Below are positions 29,955-40,123 of a stretch of 64,000 bases of DNA, in pieces. The DNA comes from Patescibacteria group bacterium. Lineage in GTDB: Bacteria > Patescibacteriota > Minisyncoccia > Phycocordibacterales > PALSA-1337. Made by a program: the position numbers and the translations under genes. The notes below the pieces were generated by a model that ran no database searches, was not told where the DNA came from, and was given only the letters and a program-made list of their open reading frames with translations. Each line of letters starts with the position of its first letter. Position 1 is the first letter of the stretch. The stretch lies in NCBI GenBank assembly GCA_038064415.1, contig JBBTTD010000002.1:8865-72864 (forward strand), written 5' to 3'.

Positions 29955-30880
29955 AAAAAATAATTATCATCAGAAGCTCCGGCAATGAACTCGCAAATCA
30001 ATTATGGAACTATGCGAGCATATATGCTTATTCTCTTGAGAAAAAATATTCAATAGTTAATTCATCATTTTTTGAATATGGAGAATATTTTAATTTTAAA
30101 TCCGCGCCAAATTTATTATTCAGAATCATGTTTTTTAGACCATTTAGAAATTACACAAAAAGAAAAACCGCGATTAAAAGGAGGGTTTGGAGAAAAATGT
30201 ATTCTTGGTATTCTATGATTGTGTTATTTTTAAATAAAAAAAATACTGTCACAACTGCGAATGAAGTATGCTATTTACCACCGACAAAGCAACCAGATTT
30301 TAAATTGAAAATGTTGGAAAATTCTAATGATGACATATACCTTGATGGTTGGCTTTTCAGAAATCCAATCGGTCTCGAAAAATTTAGAAAAGAAATTAAA
30401 AAAACTTTTATACCTAGAAAGGATGTGCGGATCACGGTAGAATCAACGATTGGAAAAATTAGATCTGATTATAATAAAATTGTCGGATTACACATTCGCC
30501 AAGGAGATTATATGACATGGAGAAATGGTGATTATTTTATTGAACAAAAAAGAGTTCGAGAAATAATTGACGAATTCATCTCAAATTTTAATATAGATAA
30601 AAACAAAACTTGTTTTTTGATAGCCTCGGATGGTCCGATTGATAAAGAAATATTCTTTGATCTGAACATTTTTATAAGCAAAAACAATGCGGTAACTGAT
30701 CTTTATCTGCTTTCATGTACAGATGCGATAATAGGGTCAAATAGCACCTTTGGTGCCTTTGCTTCATATTATGGCAATGTCCCACTTATAGTTATGCAAA
30801 AAGATCCTATGGATTGGCAATATTATAGTGGTAGGCAGAAGTATTTTGAAAATAAATACTCTACCTTCGTTCAATATTAG
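29951..30880 (+). CDS. GT11-like glycosyltransferase
   Basis: ELANQLW, GLHIRQGDY, ASD, GSNSTF. Confidence 0.75.
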   Translation: MKKIIIIRSSGNELANQLWNYASIYAYSLEKKYSIVNSSFFEYGEYFNFKSAPNLLFRIMFFRPFRNYTKRKTAIKRRVWRKMYSWYSMIVLFLNKKNTVTTANEVCYLPPTKQPDFKLKMLENSNDDIYLDGWLFRNPIGLEKFRKEIKKTFIPRKDVRITVESTIGKIRSDYNKIVGLHIRQGDYMTWRNGDYFIEQKRVREIIDEFISNFNIDKNKTCFLIASDGPIDKEIFFDLNIFISKNNAVTDLYLLSCTDAIIGSNSTFGAFASYYGNVPLIVMQKDPMDWQYYSGRQKYFENKYSTFVQY

Positions 30881-30884
30881 CTCT

Positions 30885-31640
30885 CTATTTCCTTATTGCA
30901 AGAAAATTAGTAGTAAATAAGAGCTTATTTATCTTGTCCTCACTTTCTATTCTATATAAACCATCTTTCAGAATTCTATAGATCTTATATTCAAAAAGAA
31001 AGTTAAAAATGTCTCTGAAATAAGTCCGCGAATCCCTGTTTGATATGCTAATTTCAAATTGGATATATTTTATATTTTGAAGCATTTTTTTTGCTCCCCG
31101 AAGACAAGCGAGCTCATTACCTTCTACATCAAGTTTAAGAAATGTTATCACGCTTATTCCCTGCTCATGACAAAAAGAGTCAATGGTCTGAACTTTTACA
31201 TCTTCTGAAGTTACAGATTTTTTAGTCCCTATATGCAAAGAAGCTACACCTCTAACATTATCTGGATAGTAGAGCTTGCCTTCCCCATTATAATCACTCA
31301 AAGCTTTATTTATGATTGTAGCTTTTTTACCAAAAGCCTCCTCTAGAGGCCTATAATCCCTTAGGCAGGGTTCAAAGGCATAGATACGTGCCTTGCCTTT
31401 ACCCTGCGTAGCTTTGATTACTTCTTCGAGGTAATATCCACCTTGCGCGCCAACATCAAATACGATAGGTTCAATTTCCTTATCTAATACATGGTGAATA
31501 GCAAACAATTCGCCTGTTTTTTCAAGACCCTGTCCTCCTGTTCCTATATTCATACCTTCAATGGAAAGAAAGAAAAGTTTTTGAAAAAACTTTTGACAGA
31601 ATTTTTTGCCAAAGAATAGTTTTTTGAAAATTTTGTTCAT
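30885..31640 (-). CDS. FkbM family methyltransferase
   Basis: VFDVGA..G, YAFEP, FLKLDVEGNE. Confidence 0.9.
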   Translation of the reverse strand: MNKIFKKLFFGKKFCQKFFQKLFFLSIEGMNIGTGGQGLEKTGELFAIHHVLDKEIEPIVFDVGAQGGYYLEEVIKATQGKGKARIYAFEPCLRDYRPLEEAFGKKATIINKALSDYNGEGKLYYPDNVRGVASLHIGTKKSVTSEDVKVQTIDSFCHEQGISVITFLKLDVEGNELACLRGAKKMLQNIKYIQFEISISNRDSRTYFRDIFNFLFEYKIYRILKDGLYRIESEDKINKLLFTTNFLAIRK

Positions 31641-31651
31641 TATAGAATATA

Positions 31652-33214
31652 CTAATTACCCTTCTTCCTCCCCAAAATATACAAATGAGTTGCAACTACT
31701 TCCGATCCTGGAATATATATGAAAAGATAATCAAGGTATTTGATTGGCCCCAGAACTAACATGAATACATGCGCTAAAAATGGAGCAGTTTTCCTTGAGT
31801 TAAAAGAGAAAATGACTCCAAGCCAATAAGCCATGAACATCAACAATGTAGACCATGGGCCGGAACGCACACCAGATTCAACGATTTTAAGGTCTCTGAA
31901 CATATATTTTAGCCCGCTCATAGTCCAACGATTGAAATCGTCAGGCGAGGCGTGATATGGATGCATGAACGGTGCACTTACATAAATATAACCACCTGGC
32001 TTAACTATCCTCACCATTTCCCTAGCTACCTTATGCGCATCTGGAACATGCTCAAATAGTGATTCTGAAACTGTAGCATCAACTGTATTATCTTTGAATG
32101 GTAGCTGTGTCGCATCGGATACAATATCAACTTCGGGAAAAGGAAAAATATCTACATTGATAAATTCTTTTCCGAGACGCTCTGGACCAGATCCAATATC
32201 AATAATGATCGATCCTTTGGGAACTTTTCTAAGAATCATCCTTGGACCATTTACAAGCATCATAACAGGACAAAAAATGTGCCAAATAGAATAGTACAAT
32301 CTTGGAAACTGCTTTAGGAAAGATTTGAGCCAGTTCACGCCAGACTCATGCTGAGTTCTATTTTTTTCATAAACTTGTTTTTCAATCAAGATCGGCCTTT
32401 GAGATTCGTCAGTAATGAAAAATCCGTGCTGTCTGCATTGATAGACATTTTTAATCTTTAAAAAAGATTCTTTGCAAAAGGGGCAGCAAACTATTCGTGA
32501 ATAGTCCCCCACAACACGAATTTTAGGCTTTTTTATATTTATAAGCTTATCAGCAATAAGAAGTTGTATCGCTCTGAAACCATCACGATAGCGGATCTTC
32601 TTGCCATGCTTGGCATCACGAGGTGTATGAGAGATTGGCACTTCACAAATAGTGAAACCTCCACGCAAAACAGCGGCGGTAAATAGTAATTCCGCTTCAA
32701 ATCTGCCCGACACAAAATATTTTTTCGCTTCCTGGGGAAAAAACTTGTAGCAAGTCCATACATCAGTAAGATTTGTCCCATAAAGAATATTTATTAGTTT
32801 TGTGATCATCCAGACGCCTAAACGCTGGAAATAGAAATTTTCTCTTTTTGCATGATATATATTTCGTGAACCATATACAACAATTCCCTTTCTTTCTTCT
32901 AAAGCTTCTATGAAGATGGGAAACTCATTCGGATTGTATTCTAGATCTGCGTCTTGAATGATGATGTAGTCTCCCGTGGCTTGTTCTAAACCCATCTTAA
33001 CTGCGGAACCCTTACCACTATTTCTTTCTAGTCGAAAAACTTTCAGTCTGTTTCCATATTGCTTCAAAATATCTTGAGTGTCATCGGTAGAAGCATCATC
33101 AACTACAATTATCTCCTTATCCCAGGGAGTTATCTTAACACCTATAACGCAGTCTATAAGCTCTTGAAGGGTGTATGCCTCGTTATAACATGGAATTATT
33201 ATTGAAAGCTTCAT
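31652..33214 (-). CDS. GT2 (DPM synthase-like) fused to a class I methyltransferase
   Basis: N-terminal IIIPCYNE, VDDASTD, GKG.AV, QDADLEY; linker CPFC...C.QH; C-terminal DIGSG, DA..LPF, EHV, PYHASPDDF.R. Confidence 0.85.
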   Translation of the reverse strand: MKLSIIIPCYNEAYTLQELIDCVIGVKITPWDKEIIVVDDASTDDTQDILKQYGNRLKVFRLERNSGKGSAVKMGLEQATGDYIIIQDADLEYNPNEFPIFIEALEERKGIVVYGSRNIYHAKRENFYFQRLGVWMITKLINILYGTNLTDVWTCYKFFPQEAKKYFVSGRFEAELLFTAAVLRGGFTICEVPISHTPRDAKHGKKIRYRDGFRAIQLLIADKLINIKKPKIRVVGDYSRIVCCPFCKESFLKIKNVYQCRQHGFFITDESQRPILIEKQVYEKNRTQHESGVNWLKSFLKQFPRLYYSIWHIFCPVMMLVNGPRMILRKVPKGSIIIDIGSGPERLGKEFINVDIFPFPEVDIVSDATQLPFKDNTVDATVSESLFEHVPDAHKVAREMVRIVKPGGYIYVSAPFMHPYHASPDDFNRWTMSGLKYMFRDLKIVESGVRSGPWSTLLMFMAYWLGVIFSFNSRKTAPFLAHVFMLVLGPIKYLDYLFIYIPGSEVVATHLYILGRKKGN

Positions 33215-34601
33215 TTTTTTTCAATTTACTGAGTATAGACGACGACAGGCCTAAAAGTCCATAGACTGCAAAAGCAAATATAAAAACTTCTACTGGTATC
33301 TTGAATCTAGCATTCACGCCAAAACCATTTATGGCAGTAGTAGCGGCAAAGTATCCCACCACAGCTATACTAAAAAGTATCTCTGTTTTTAGCCAACCTC
33401 GTCTACATAGAGAACGAAATACCCCTATAAACGCCAAAATAGCTATAATAAACCAAGCTATTCTCGCAAAAACAATAAGAATAATTGGACTTCCAAATGA
33501 GGAGCGAATAAAAGATATGAACCCGGCCGGATCGGCAATTATCATCCCAAGTGCTGGTTTTTGAAAAGTATTTACCAATGGAACGCCAGCATATCCAAAT
33601 ATGTTCAGCAAACCATCGTGAGTAAAAAATGTAACAACAGTTGTAAATAGCGAAATTAAAAGTTCTTTTGGATGTTTTTTCAAGACCGCTAGTGCAAGTC
33701 TGGTAATTTCCTTGGAGTTTGAAAGATTGATAGTACTTTCATCAAAACCATCCTTTCTCACGAATGCTAACCATTCCGTTTTAAAATCAGTCTTATTTTC
33801 TATTGCCAAAACTGTTGGCACAAGATAAACGTAAAGATTGAAAGCTGGCTGCGCACTCATACCCCACACTCCAAATTCTGACTTATTTCTATAAAGCCAA
33901 GAAGATATGATTAAACAGAATAGAATAATAAATATTCCCGTATGAACAAAAACTTTTTTTGAAAGATTTCGCCTTGAGTGAAATATAAGTAATGCTACAA
34001 CAACAACTGGTAAATATTGAATTGTTGGTTTGATAAGTGTCGCTAATCCAAAAAATACCGAAAACCAAACTATATTCCTCATTGTTGCATCTTTAAAATA
34101 CTTAAGGAGAAAAATAATTGAGATAAGAAAAAAGAAAGTAAAAGATGTCTCTGTATAAAATATAAATGACAGAAATATTGCATACGGTTCAATTGCCATA
34201 AGAACACCTGTTGCTGTGATAACGCGTCTATCACCAAAAATAAAACGTACGATTTTCATACCAATAATTGGTATGAAACTACCCATGATAATCTCAAAAA
34301 ATGCCACAGCCCAATAGCTCTTGAACAATAATAGTATTCCCGCGATTAGAAATGGCCATACAGGTGGACGTAGAGGATTAGGAGCAAAGACACCTTGTGT
34401 ATTTATTGAACCGAAACCGTTTCCATCAACAAGACTTTTGCTAATTTCGTAATAACCATCATCACCTCTGATCGTTGGCACAATATCAAAATTATTGTGA
34501 GTGAAATTAATTGAAAATAAGACTATGCGTAAAACAAGAGCAAGGAGAAATATTATACACTCCGCTTTGTGGTTTTTTAAAAAAATCTTGAAGTTAGTCA
34601 T
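33183..34601 (-). CDS. GT-C (ArnT/PMT-like) membrane glycosyltransferase
   Basis: Multi-TM; early DD.YY, RPPVWP.L, YTE, LA.L.KP, W..RN, ARF..P. Confidence 0.78.
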   Translation of the reverse strand: MTNFKIFLKNHKAECIIFLLALVLRIVLFSINFTHNNFDIVPTIRGDDGYYEISKSLVDGNGFGSINTQGVFAPNPLRPPVWPFLIAGILLLFKSYWAVAFFEIIMGSFIPIIGMKIVRFIFGDRRVITATGVLMAIEPYAIFLSFIFYTETSFTFFFLISIIFLLKYFKDATMRNIVWFSVFFGLATLIKPTIQYLPVVVVALLIFHSRRNLSKKVFVHTGIFIILFCLIISSWLYRNKSEFGVWGMSAQPAFNLYVYLVPTVLAIENKTDFKTEWLAFVRKDGFDESTINLSNSKEITRLALAVLKKHPKELLISLFTTVVTFFTHDGLLNIFGYAGVPLVNTFQKPALGMIIADPAGFISFIRSSFGSPIILIVFARIAWFIIAILAFIGVFRSLCRRGWLKTEILFSIAVVGYFAATTAINGFGVNARFKIPVEVFIFAFAVYGLLGLSSSILSKLKKNEAFNNNSML

Positions 34602-35734
34602 GAAATAAAAGAAAGTATTGATCTAGCTCTGGATGCCCAAGTAAAACTTTGTACGACTTGTAGTGCCCGCCGTGAAAGACTATCACTAACAGTACTATCC
34701 ATACAAATTCTACTAATTGCGTCTGCCAAAATTTTTGGACTATCTGGCTCCACCAACACTACACATGAATCATCAACAATTTCCATAATTGAGGGAATTC
34801 TTGAGGCAATTATAGGTCTTGAGCTTGCCATATATTCAAAAAGCTTCATCGGGGAAGTATAAAAAGTGGAAATATTTTCCTTTGCTGTATTTGGAATAAT
34901 CAAAACATCACCCGCTTTTTGCCAAACTGGGATTTCATCGTGCTTCCTATACCCTGCTATCATTACTTTTTTATCATTACCAAACTTATCTTTAAACAAT
35001 TTTATATCTTTCTCCGTTCCACCAACGAATACTATCAAAAAATCATTCGGGAGAAGCAAAGCGGCTTCAGCCAATATATCAACACCTTTCCAACCATAAA
35101 GATGACCAGTATACACTACGATGTGTTTGTCGATCGGCAATCCAAGTTGCTTACGAGCCTCAATCTTCGTCAACTGAATATCAAACTTTTTTATATCAAC
35201 AGCATTAGGAATTGAAATTATTTTTTTAGAAGAAACACTAAAATCAGTCTCTAGTTTATCTTTCTTCCACTTATTATGAGCAAGGATATACTTGACTCTT
35301 GAGAAAAATTTTATATAAAACCAGTACGCACTTTCTGGAAAATCATGTAATTCATAAAATGTTCTAGGAAATAAGAAAGTGGCAAAGAAAATCGGCATCC
35401 ATTCATTGGAATATATGATGTCGTCCTTTTTTGCTTTAAAAATAATAAAAACCAAAGAAAAAAACGAGAATGAAAGAAAACTCACAAAAAATGCAAGTTT
35501 TGAAAGCAGTGGAATAAAAAAAATGTCAATTATTGGAACATAAGTAATTTTGAAATTACTTTTAACTCCGTAAAATTCATATGCATTTTCCTTTTTTCTC
35601 CCAATTCTCCTCGGGACTATCAAAGTCACATCCACACCTTCATCAGCAAAAGACTCAGCGCTTTTCGCAGCAAACAAGGAAGCGGCCTTTTCACTTGGAA
35701 ACCTGCCGTGAAATAATAAGAATAGTCTGGTCAT
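34598..35734 (-). CDS. GT4 glycosyltransferase
   Basis: IPNAVD, YTGHL..WKG, SPMKLFEYMAS.RPII. Confidence 0.9.
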   Translation of the reverse strand: MTRLFLLFHGRFPSEKAASLFAAKSAESFADEGVDVTLIVPRRIGRKKENAYEFYGVKSNFKITYVPIIDIFFIPLLSKLAFFVSFLSFSFFSLVFIIFKAKKDDIIYSNEWMPIFFATFLFPRTFYELHDFPESAYWFYIKFFSRVKYILAHNKWKKDKLETDFSVSSKKIISIPNAVDIKKFDIQLTKIEARKQLGLPIDKHIVVYTGHLYGWKGVDILAEAALLLPNDFLIVFVGGTEKDIKLFKDKFGNDKKVMIAGYRKHDEIPVWQKAGDVLIIPNTAKENISTFYTSPMKLFEYMASSRPIIASRIPSIMEIVDDSCVVLVEPDSPKILADAISRICMDSTVSDSLSRRALQVVQSFTWASRARSILSFIS

Positions 35735-35788
35735 GGTTAGGCAATTGGGGTATAGTGTAGCAAATTTGATGATATAATTGAAGCCAAA

Positions 35789-36835
35789 ATGAAATTCGCA
35801 TATGTAAATACTCAAAATATTTTTCCGCATGATATCCATCTAATTGATGGTTTGAGACAGTTGGGACATGAGGTCAATGAAATATGTGAAAAGGGCACAG
35901 GGATCAAAAAGTATCTAAACTTAGCCAGAAAAATCCGTACATACAATAAATCAGTAAATGCCATCTTTGTTGGGTACACATCTCCTCTTTTTGTGCCAAT
36001 TGTCAAACTAATGTCACAGCATCCAATTATTTTCAACGCGGCTTCATCTCAATATGAAGCAAATGTAGTCTCAAGAGAAGAAGAATCATTTGGAATATTC
36101 AAGACAATAAAATGGCTAGCTATAGATTTTTTTTCATTTCATTTTTCTGACAAAATTTTACTTGAAAGCAATGAGCAAATAAAATATATTAAAAAAACTT
36201 TTTTTGTCTCAAAAAAGAAACTTATTAGATCATGGACTGGGCTTAATGAAAGTGAGTTCTTCTTTGATTCTAGTATTACTAAAAGGGTTGACTTCACCGT
36301 ACTATTCAGAGGAAGATTCTTGCCAGAATCAGGTATTCTCACAGTTATACAGGCCGCGAAAATACTTGAAAACCAAGACATTAAATTTTTGATAATTGGT
36401 CATGGTTATTTATATAGAAAAGTAAATGCAATGATGGCGGAACTCTCTCCGAAAAATCTGCAGATGCTGAACAATAAATTATCAATTCAAGAATTGCGAA
36501 ATCTTATGCTCTCCTGTCATATAAGTTTGGGCCAACTTGCAAACCACCCAAGACTTGATCGTACACTCCCCTGTAAACTTTTTGAAAGTCTGGCACTCAA
36601 GCTTCCATATTTGACTGGAAGAAATAAGGCAGCACTGAAACTTCTAACTGAGAATAAATCTTGTATATGTGTGAACCCCGGTGATGAGCAAGATTTAGCT
36701 AAAAAAATTTTAGAAATGAGAAACAACCCAATTAGATTAGAGACTATTGGAAATAGTGGATATGAATTATATAAAAATGAACTAACATCAAAAAAACTAG
36801 CAGAAAAAATCATTGCTGAATGTTTTAAAAAATAA
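35789..36835 (+). CDS. GT4 glycosyltransferase
   Basis: VLF.G.F.P..G, P.KLFESLA...P. Confidence 0.82.
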   Translation: MKFAYVNTQNIFPHDIHLIDGLRQLGHEVNEICEKGTGIKKYLNLARKIRTYNKSVNAIFVGYTSPLFVPIVKLMSQHPIIFNAASSQYEANVVSREEESFGIFKTIKWLAIDFFSFHFSDKILLESNEQIKYIKKTFFVSKKKLIRSWTGLNESEFFFDSSITKRVDFTVLFRGRFLPESGILTVIQAAKILENQDIKFLIIGHGYLYRKVNAMMAELSPKNLQMLNNKLSIQELRNLMLSCHISLGQLANHPRLDRTLPCKLFESLALKLPYLTGRNKAALKLLTENKSCICVNPGDEQDLAKKILEMRNNPIRLETIGNSGYELYKNELTSKKLAEKIIAECFKK

Positions 36836-36837
36836 AA

Positions 36838-38004
36838 ATGAAAATATTAGTCATTGGAACAATAGATAATAAAGGCGGTGCGGCCCAGATATCATGGGAG
36901 CTTCGGAATAGACTAAAAACTGATGGGCATACAGTAAATACTTTTGTTAGATACAAATATTCAAACGAACCTGATGTATTTGTTATACCGAGAAAACGCT
37001 ATCAGGATTGGTTGGTAAAAATTTTCGCCAATGACCTTATTTTTGCGGGATCAAGTTTTATTTTAAACTCAAAAGAATACAAAGGGGCAGACATTATCCA
37101 TTGTCACAACCTTCACAGTAATTTTTTTAACCTCAAAGACCTTATTAGAATGTCTAAGGAAAAACCAATTATTTGGACACTTCACGATATATGGGCAATT
37201 ACTGGATTTGCCAGTGATAGCACAACACTGAAAAAACCAAACAAAAAAAGATTTCTTTTGTATTTCTGGGACAATACAAGACATCTTTTGAAAGCAAAGA
37301 AAAAGATTTACGACAAGATAAAGATACACATTGTCGCAGTCTCTGAGTGGTTAAAAAATGAATTGGAAAACAGTATATTAAAGAACCAGAATATTTCAAG
37401 AATATATAATGGCGTAGACGTAGAAATATTCAAGCCAAGTGATAAAAATTTCGTAAGAAGAGAATTAGGACTACCTATTAATAAAAAGATAATTGCTTTA
37501 GGTATAAAGGGTTGGTTAGATTCTAGATCAATAATTGAAAGTTATAAAGACCAAAATGATATTTTCTTTTTAGCGATAGGCCATTCAAACATTGATACTA
37601 GCAATAAAAATTATGTATCTATAGGCTATATAGAAAAAAGGGAGCTTTTATCTAAATATCTTTCAGCTAGCGACATTTTCCTTTACCCAACTCAAGGTGA
37701 TACCTTTGGACTTATTTGCGCTCAATCGTCAGCGTGCGGTACACCAGTGGTAACTTATGATACTGATGCGTTACCTGAAATAATCTCTCATACTCAAACT
37801 GGTTATGTCGCTAAACGCGGAGATCTTGAGGATATTAGAGTCGGTATAGAGTATATACTAAATTTACCCTTAAATGACTATACAGCAATGTGTAGTAAGG
37901 TACGCCAAGTCGCAATAGAAAAATTTTCAAAAGAAAAGATGTATGCACAATATCTCAAGCTTTACAAAAAAATATTAGCTTCTAGAAAAATCAATATTTT
38001 GTAA
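36838..38004 (+). CDS. GT4 glycosyltransferase (WcaC-like)
   Basis: GGAA, IHCHNLH, WTLHD.W..TG, YNGVD, DTFG, ACGTPVV. Confidence 0.88.
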   Translation: MKILVIGTIDNKGGAAQISWELRNRLKTDGHTVNTFVRYKYSNEPDVFVIPRKRYQDWLVKIFANDLIFAGSSFILNSKEYKGADIIHCHNLHSNFFNLKDLIRMSKEKPIIWTLHDIWAITGFASDSTTLKKPNKKRFLLYFWDNTRHLLKAKKKIYDKIKIHIVAVSEWLKNELENSILKNQNISRIYNGVDVEIFKPSDKNFVRRELGLPINKKIIALGIKGWLDSRSIIESYKDQNDIFFLAIGHSNIDTSNKNYVSIGYIEKRELLSKYLSASDIFLYPTQGDTFGLICAQSSACGTPVVTYDTDALPEIISHTQTGYVAKRGDLEDIRVGIEYILNLPLNDYTAMCSKVRQVAIEKFSKEKMYAQYLKLYKKILASRKINIL

Positions 38005-38632
38005 TTTTGACCACAAATGACAAACTAAAAAGATTTGGCATGATTTTTGCAAAAAATTTCATCAAATATGAAATGACCGGTAATGATTCTAGAAAAGTGT
38101 TTGATCTAAAATCCGTGAATTTCACTTGAGAATGTAAACACATCAATTTGAGAACATTATAATTGAACCAATATACATGTCCTTTTTTTGGTCGATTATT
38201 TTCGGGAACTTTTCCAAATAATACTTGCAACCTTGATGGTAGAGAACTAAAGTTTGGTATACCAACAATAAGACTTTGCTTTGATACACGAACCGCTTCT
38301 TTAAACAGAGTTTCAGGATCATACAAATGCTCTAGTAAATCAAGCATAACAACAACATCAAAAGTATCATCTGAAAAAGGTAATTTATTACTAAAATCAA
38401 AAACGGAAGCGTTAATCCCTCTTGCACGAGCTTTGGATACGCCCTCTTCTGAAATATCCAGACCTTCACCTATTATTCCCTTGTCTTTAAGCATTGAAAG
38501 AAGCAATCCGTCACCACAACCGAGATCTAAAACTTTCCCAAAACCAATCATCTCAAGTGTGGCTCTGTGTCTAAATTCAAGTTTTTGATCATTATCAGAC
38601 CACCTTTTATTTTCAAAATTTTTTACACTCAT
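37991..38632 (-). CDS. Class I SAM methyltransferase (MetW-like)
   Basis: VLDLGCGDG, LPFSDDTFD, LEHLYDP, IPNF. Confidence 0.85.
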   Translation of the reverse strand: MSVKNFENKRWSDNDQKLEFRHRATLEMIGFGKVLDLGCGDGLLLSMLKDKGIIGEGLDISEEGVSKARARGINASVFDFSNKLPFSDDTFDVVVMLDLLEHLYDPETLFKEAVRVSKQSLIVGIPNFSSLPSRLQVLFGKVPENNRPKKGHVYWFNYNVLKLMCLHSQVKFTDFRSNTFLESLPVISYLMKFFAKIMPNLFSLSFVVKITKY

Positions 38633-38634
38633 AT

Positions 38635-39051
38635 TTATTTTATTATTTCATCATTTTGTCTGAAAATAAAGTATCTGTATACAAAAAAACTTATTCCGGC
38701 AATAATTCCAATAGTCATTACCTGGGCAATGAGATACCAGATATGCAACAAACCGATAAATATATAAAGGAAAAAGGTCGTCATAATCATGCTTGAGGCA
38801 TATAGCATGCTATACATGATTATCTGCTTATGGACATTCAAACCACGATCTTTGAAGGCAAAAACTTTTTGGAGATAAAACCTCGCAAAAAATGAAACGG
38901 TGACGGATATTGCCGCAGATGGGATGTAATGTAAGCCAAACATTTGTATCATAAGCGAAAAAAGCAGTATGTCTATTGCGGAAGATAGACCTCCTGATAT
39001 TAAATATCTGATAACAAGATGCTTATCTAAAAATAACATAATCTTTTTCAT
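38635..39051 (-). CDS. GtrA family flippase-like membrane protein
   Basis: RYLISGG, four short TM segments, terminal F..Y.YFIF. Confidence 0.82.
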   Translation of the reverse strand: MKKIMLFLDKHLVIRYLISGGLSSAIDILLFSLMIQMFGLHYIPSAAISVTVSFFARFYLQKVFAFKDRGLNVHKQIIMYSMLYASSMIMTTFFLYIFIGLLHIWYLIAQVMTIGIIAGISFFVYRYFIFRQNDEIIK

Positions 39052-40077
39052 TTAATTAATATTTTTGGACAAAGAATCCGCTAAATGACTGAGGCTGTGT
39101 TTTTTGACAAATCGCCCCAAAGAAACCTGCGCTGTTTTTCTATTTTCTTCACTGTAGTCCAGGAGTTTCTTGATTTTTTCTGTAAGCTCATCAATATCAC
39201 ATTGTTTGAATATAAAATCATCACTAATCTGTCCGACAAGATTATCATTTGACGCGACAATAAGACAGCCGCAAGCAATTGATTCAAATATGGTCTTATC
39301 ATACATCCCACTTGCTGATAGATTTACAAATATCTCATGCGCCGAGTATATTTCAGGAGTTTTATAGTTTGGCACTCCATTGAAAAATTTCACATCTAGA
39401 GCATATTTTAGTACATGCTCTTTTATTGATTGATAATATTCCCTATCTGACTCTATAGGATCTCCATACATTGACGCAGTATATTCTATACCCTGATCAG
39501 TAATTTTTTTAAGGGCCTCAACGAGAAAATCTGGGCGTTTGGATGGAGAAAAACGAGCCAGAAAAAGTATTGATCTTTTCCCTCTAGCTATTTCAGTTTT
39601 TGGCTTAAAATTTTCCAGATCCACTCCTACTGGCATCAGCACAGTTTTCTTATATCTAGCGGTATATGAAAACCTTGAAGTACAGAATATTTTATTACAA
39701 AAAAATGATGCAAAGTCCGTTAAAAATGACCCCGCGTAGTGATTTCTCCACATGGTCACTTTTTTACCAATTAACCTCCAGATTCCGCCACCCATGATCA
39801 AATACTCCTGATTCATATGCACAAACACAACATCATAATTTTTCCGCTCCTGCCAAATATATTTATAAAATCTCAAAATATATTGAATCCTAGACTTTCT
39901 ATTTTCCTTACCGAGCGACAATACTTTTACATTTGAAGGTAATTCATAGGCACCTTTTTCCAAGCAAATAACCACAATAGACTCAAAATGCTTGGCAAAT
40001 TCAATTATCCATCTATGAAAAAAGCCAAGGATTGGGTCATTTTTATCAACTTTCTGGGTAACAATTAATAAACGCAT
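39052..40077 (-). CDS. GT4 glycosyltransferase
   Basis: TQKVD.NDPILGFFH.W, VHMN, PVGVD, DKTIFESIACG. Confidence 0.88.
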   Translation of the reverse strand: MRLLIVTQKVDKNDPILGFFHRWIIEFAKHFESIVVICLEKGAYELPSNVKVLSLGKENRKSRIQYILRFYKYIWQERKNYDVVFVHMNQEYLIMGGGIWRLIGKKVTMWRNHYAGSFLTDFASFFCNKIFCTSRFSYTARYKKTVLMPVGVDLENFKPKTEIARGKRSILFLARFSPSKRPDFLVEALKKITDQGIEYTASMYGDPIESDREYYQSIKEHVLKYALDVKFFNGVPNYKTPEIYSAHEIFVNLSASGMYDKTIFESIACGCLIVASNDNLVGQISDDFIFKQCDIDELTEKIKKLLDYSEENRKTAQVSLGRFVKKHSLSHLADSLSKNIN

Positions 40078-40123
40078 GAAGTTAGTATAAGTCACAAAGC
40101 GCAAGTTGCAAGCGTACCCGAAA

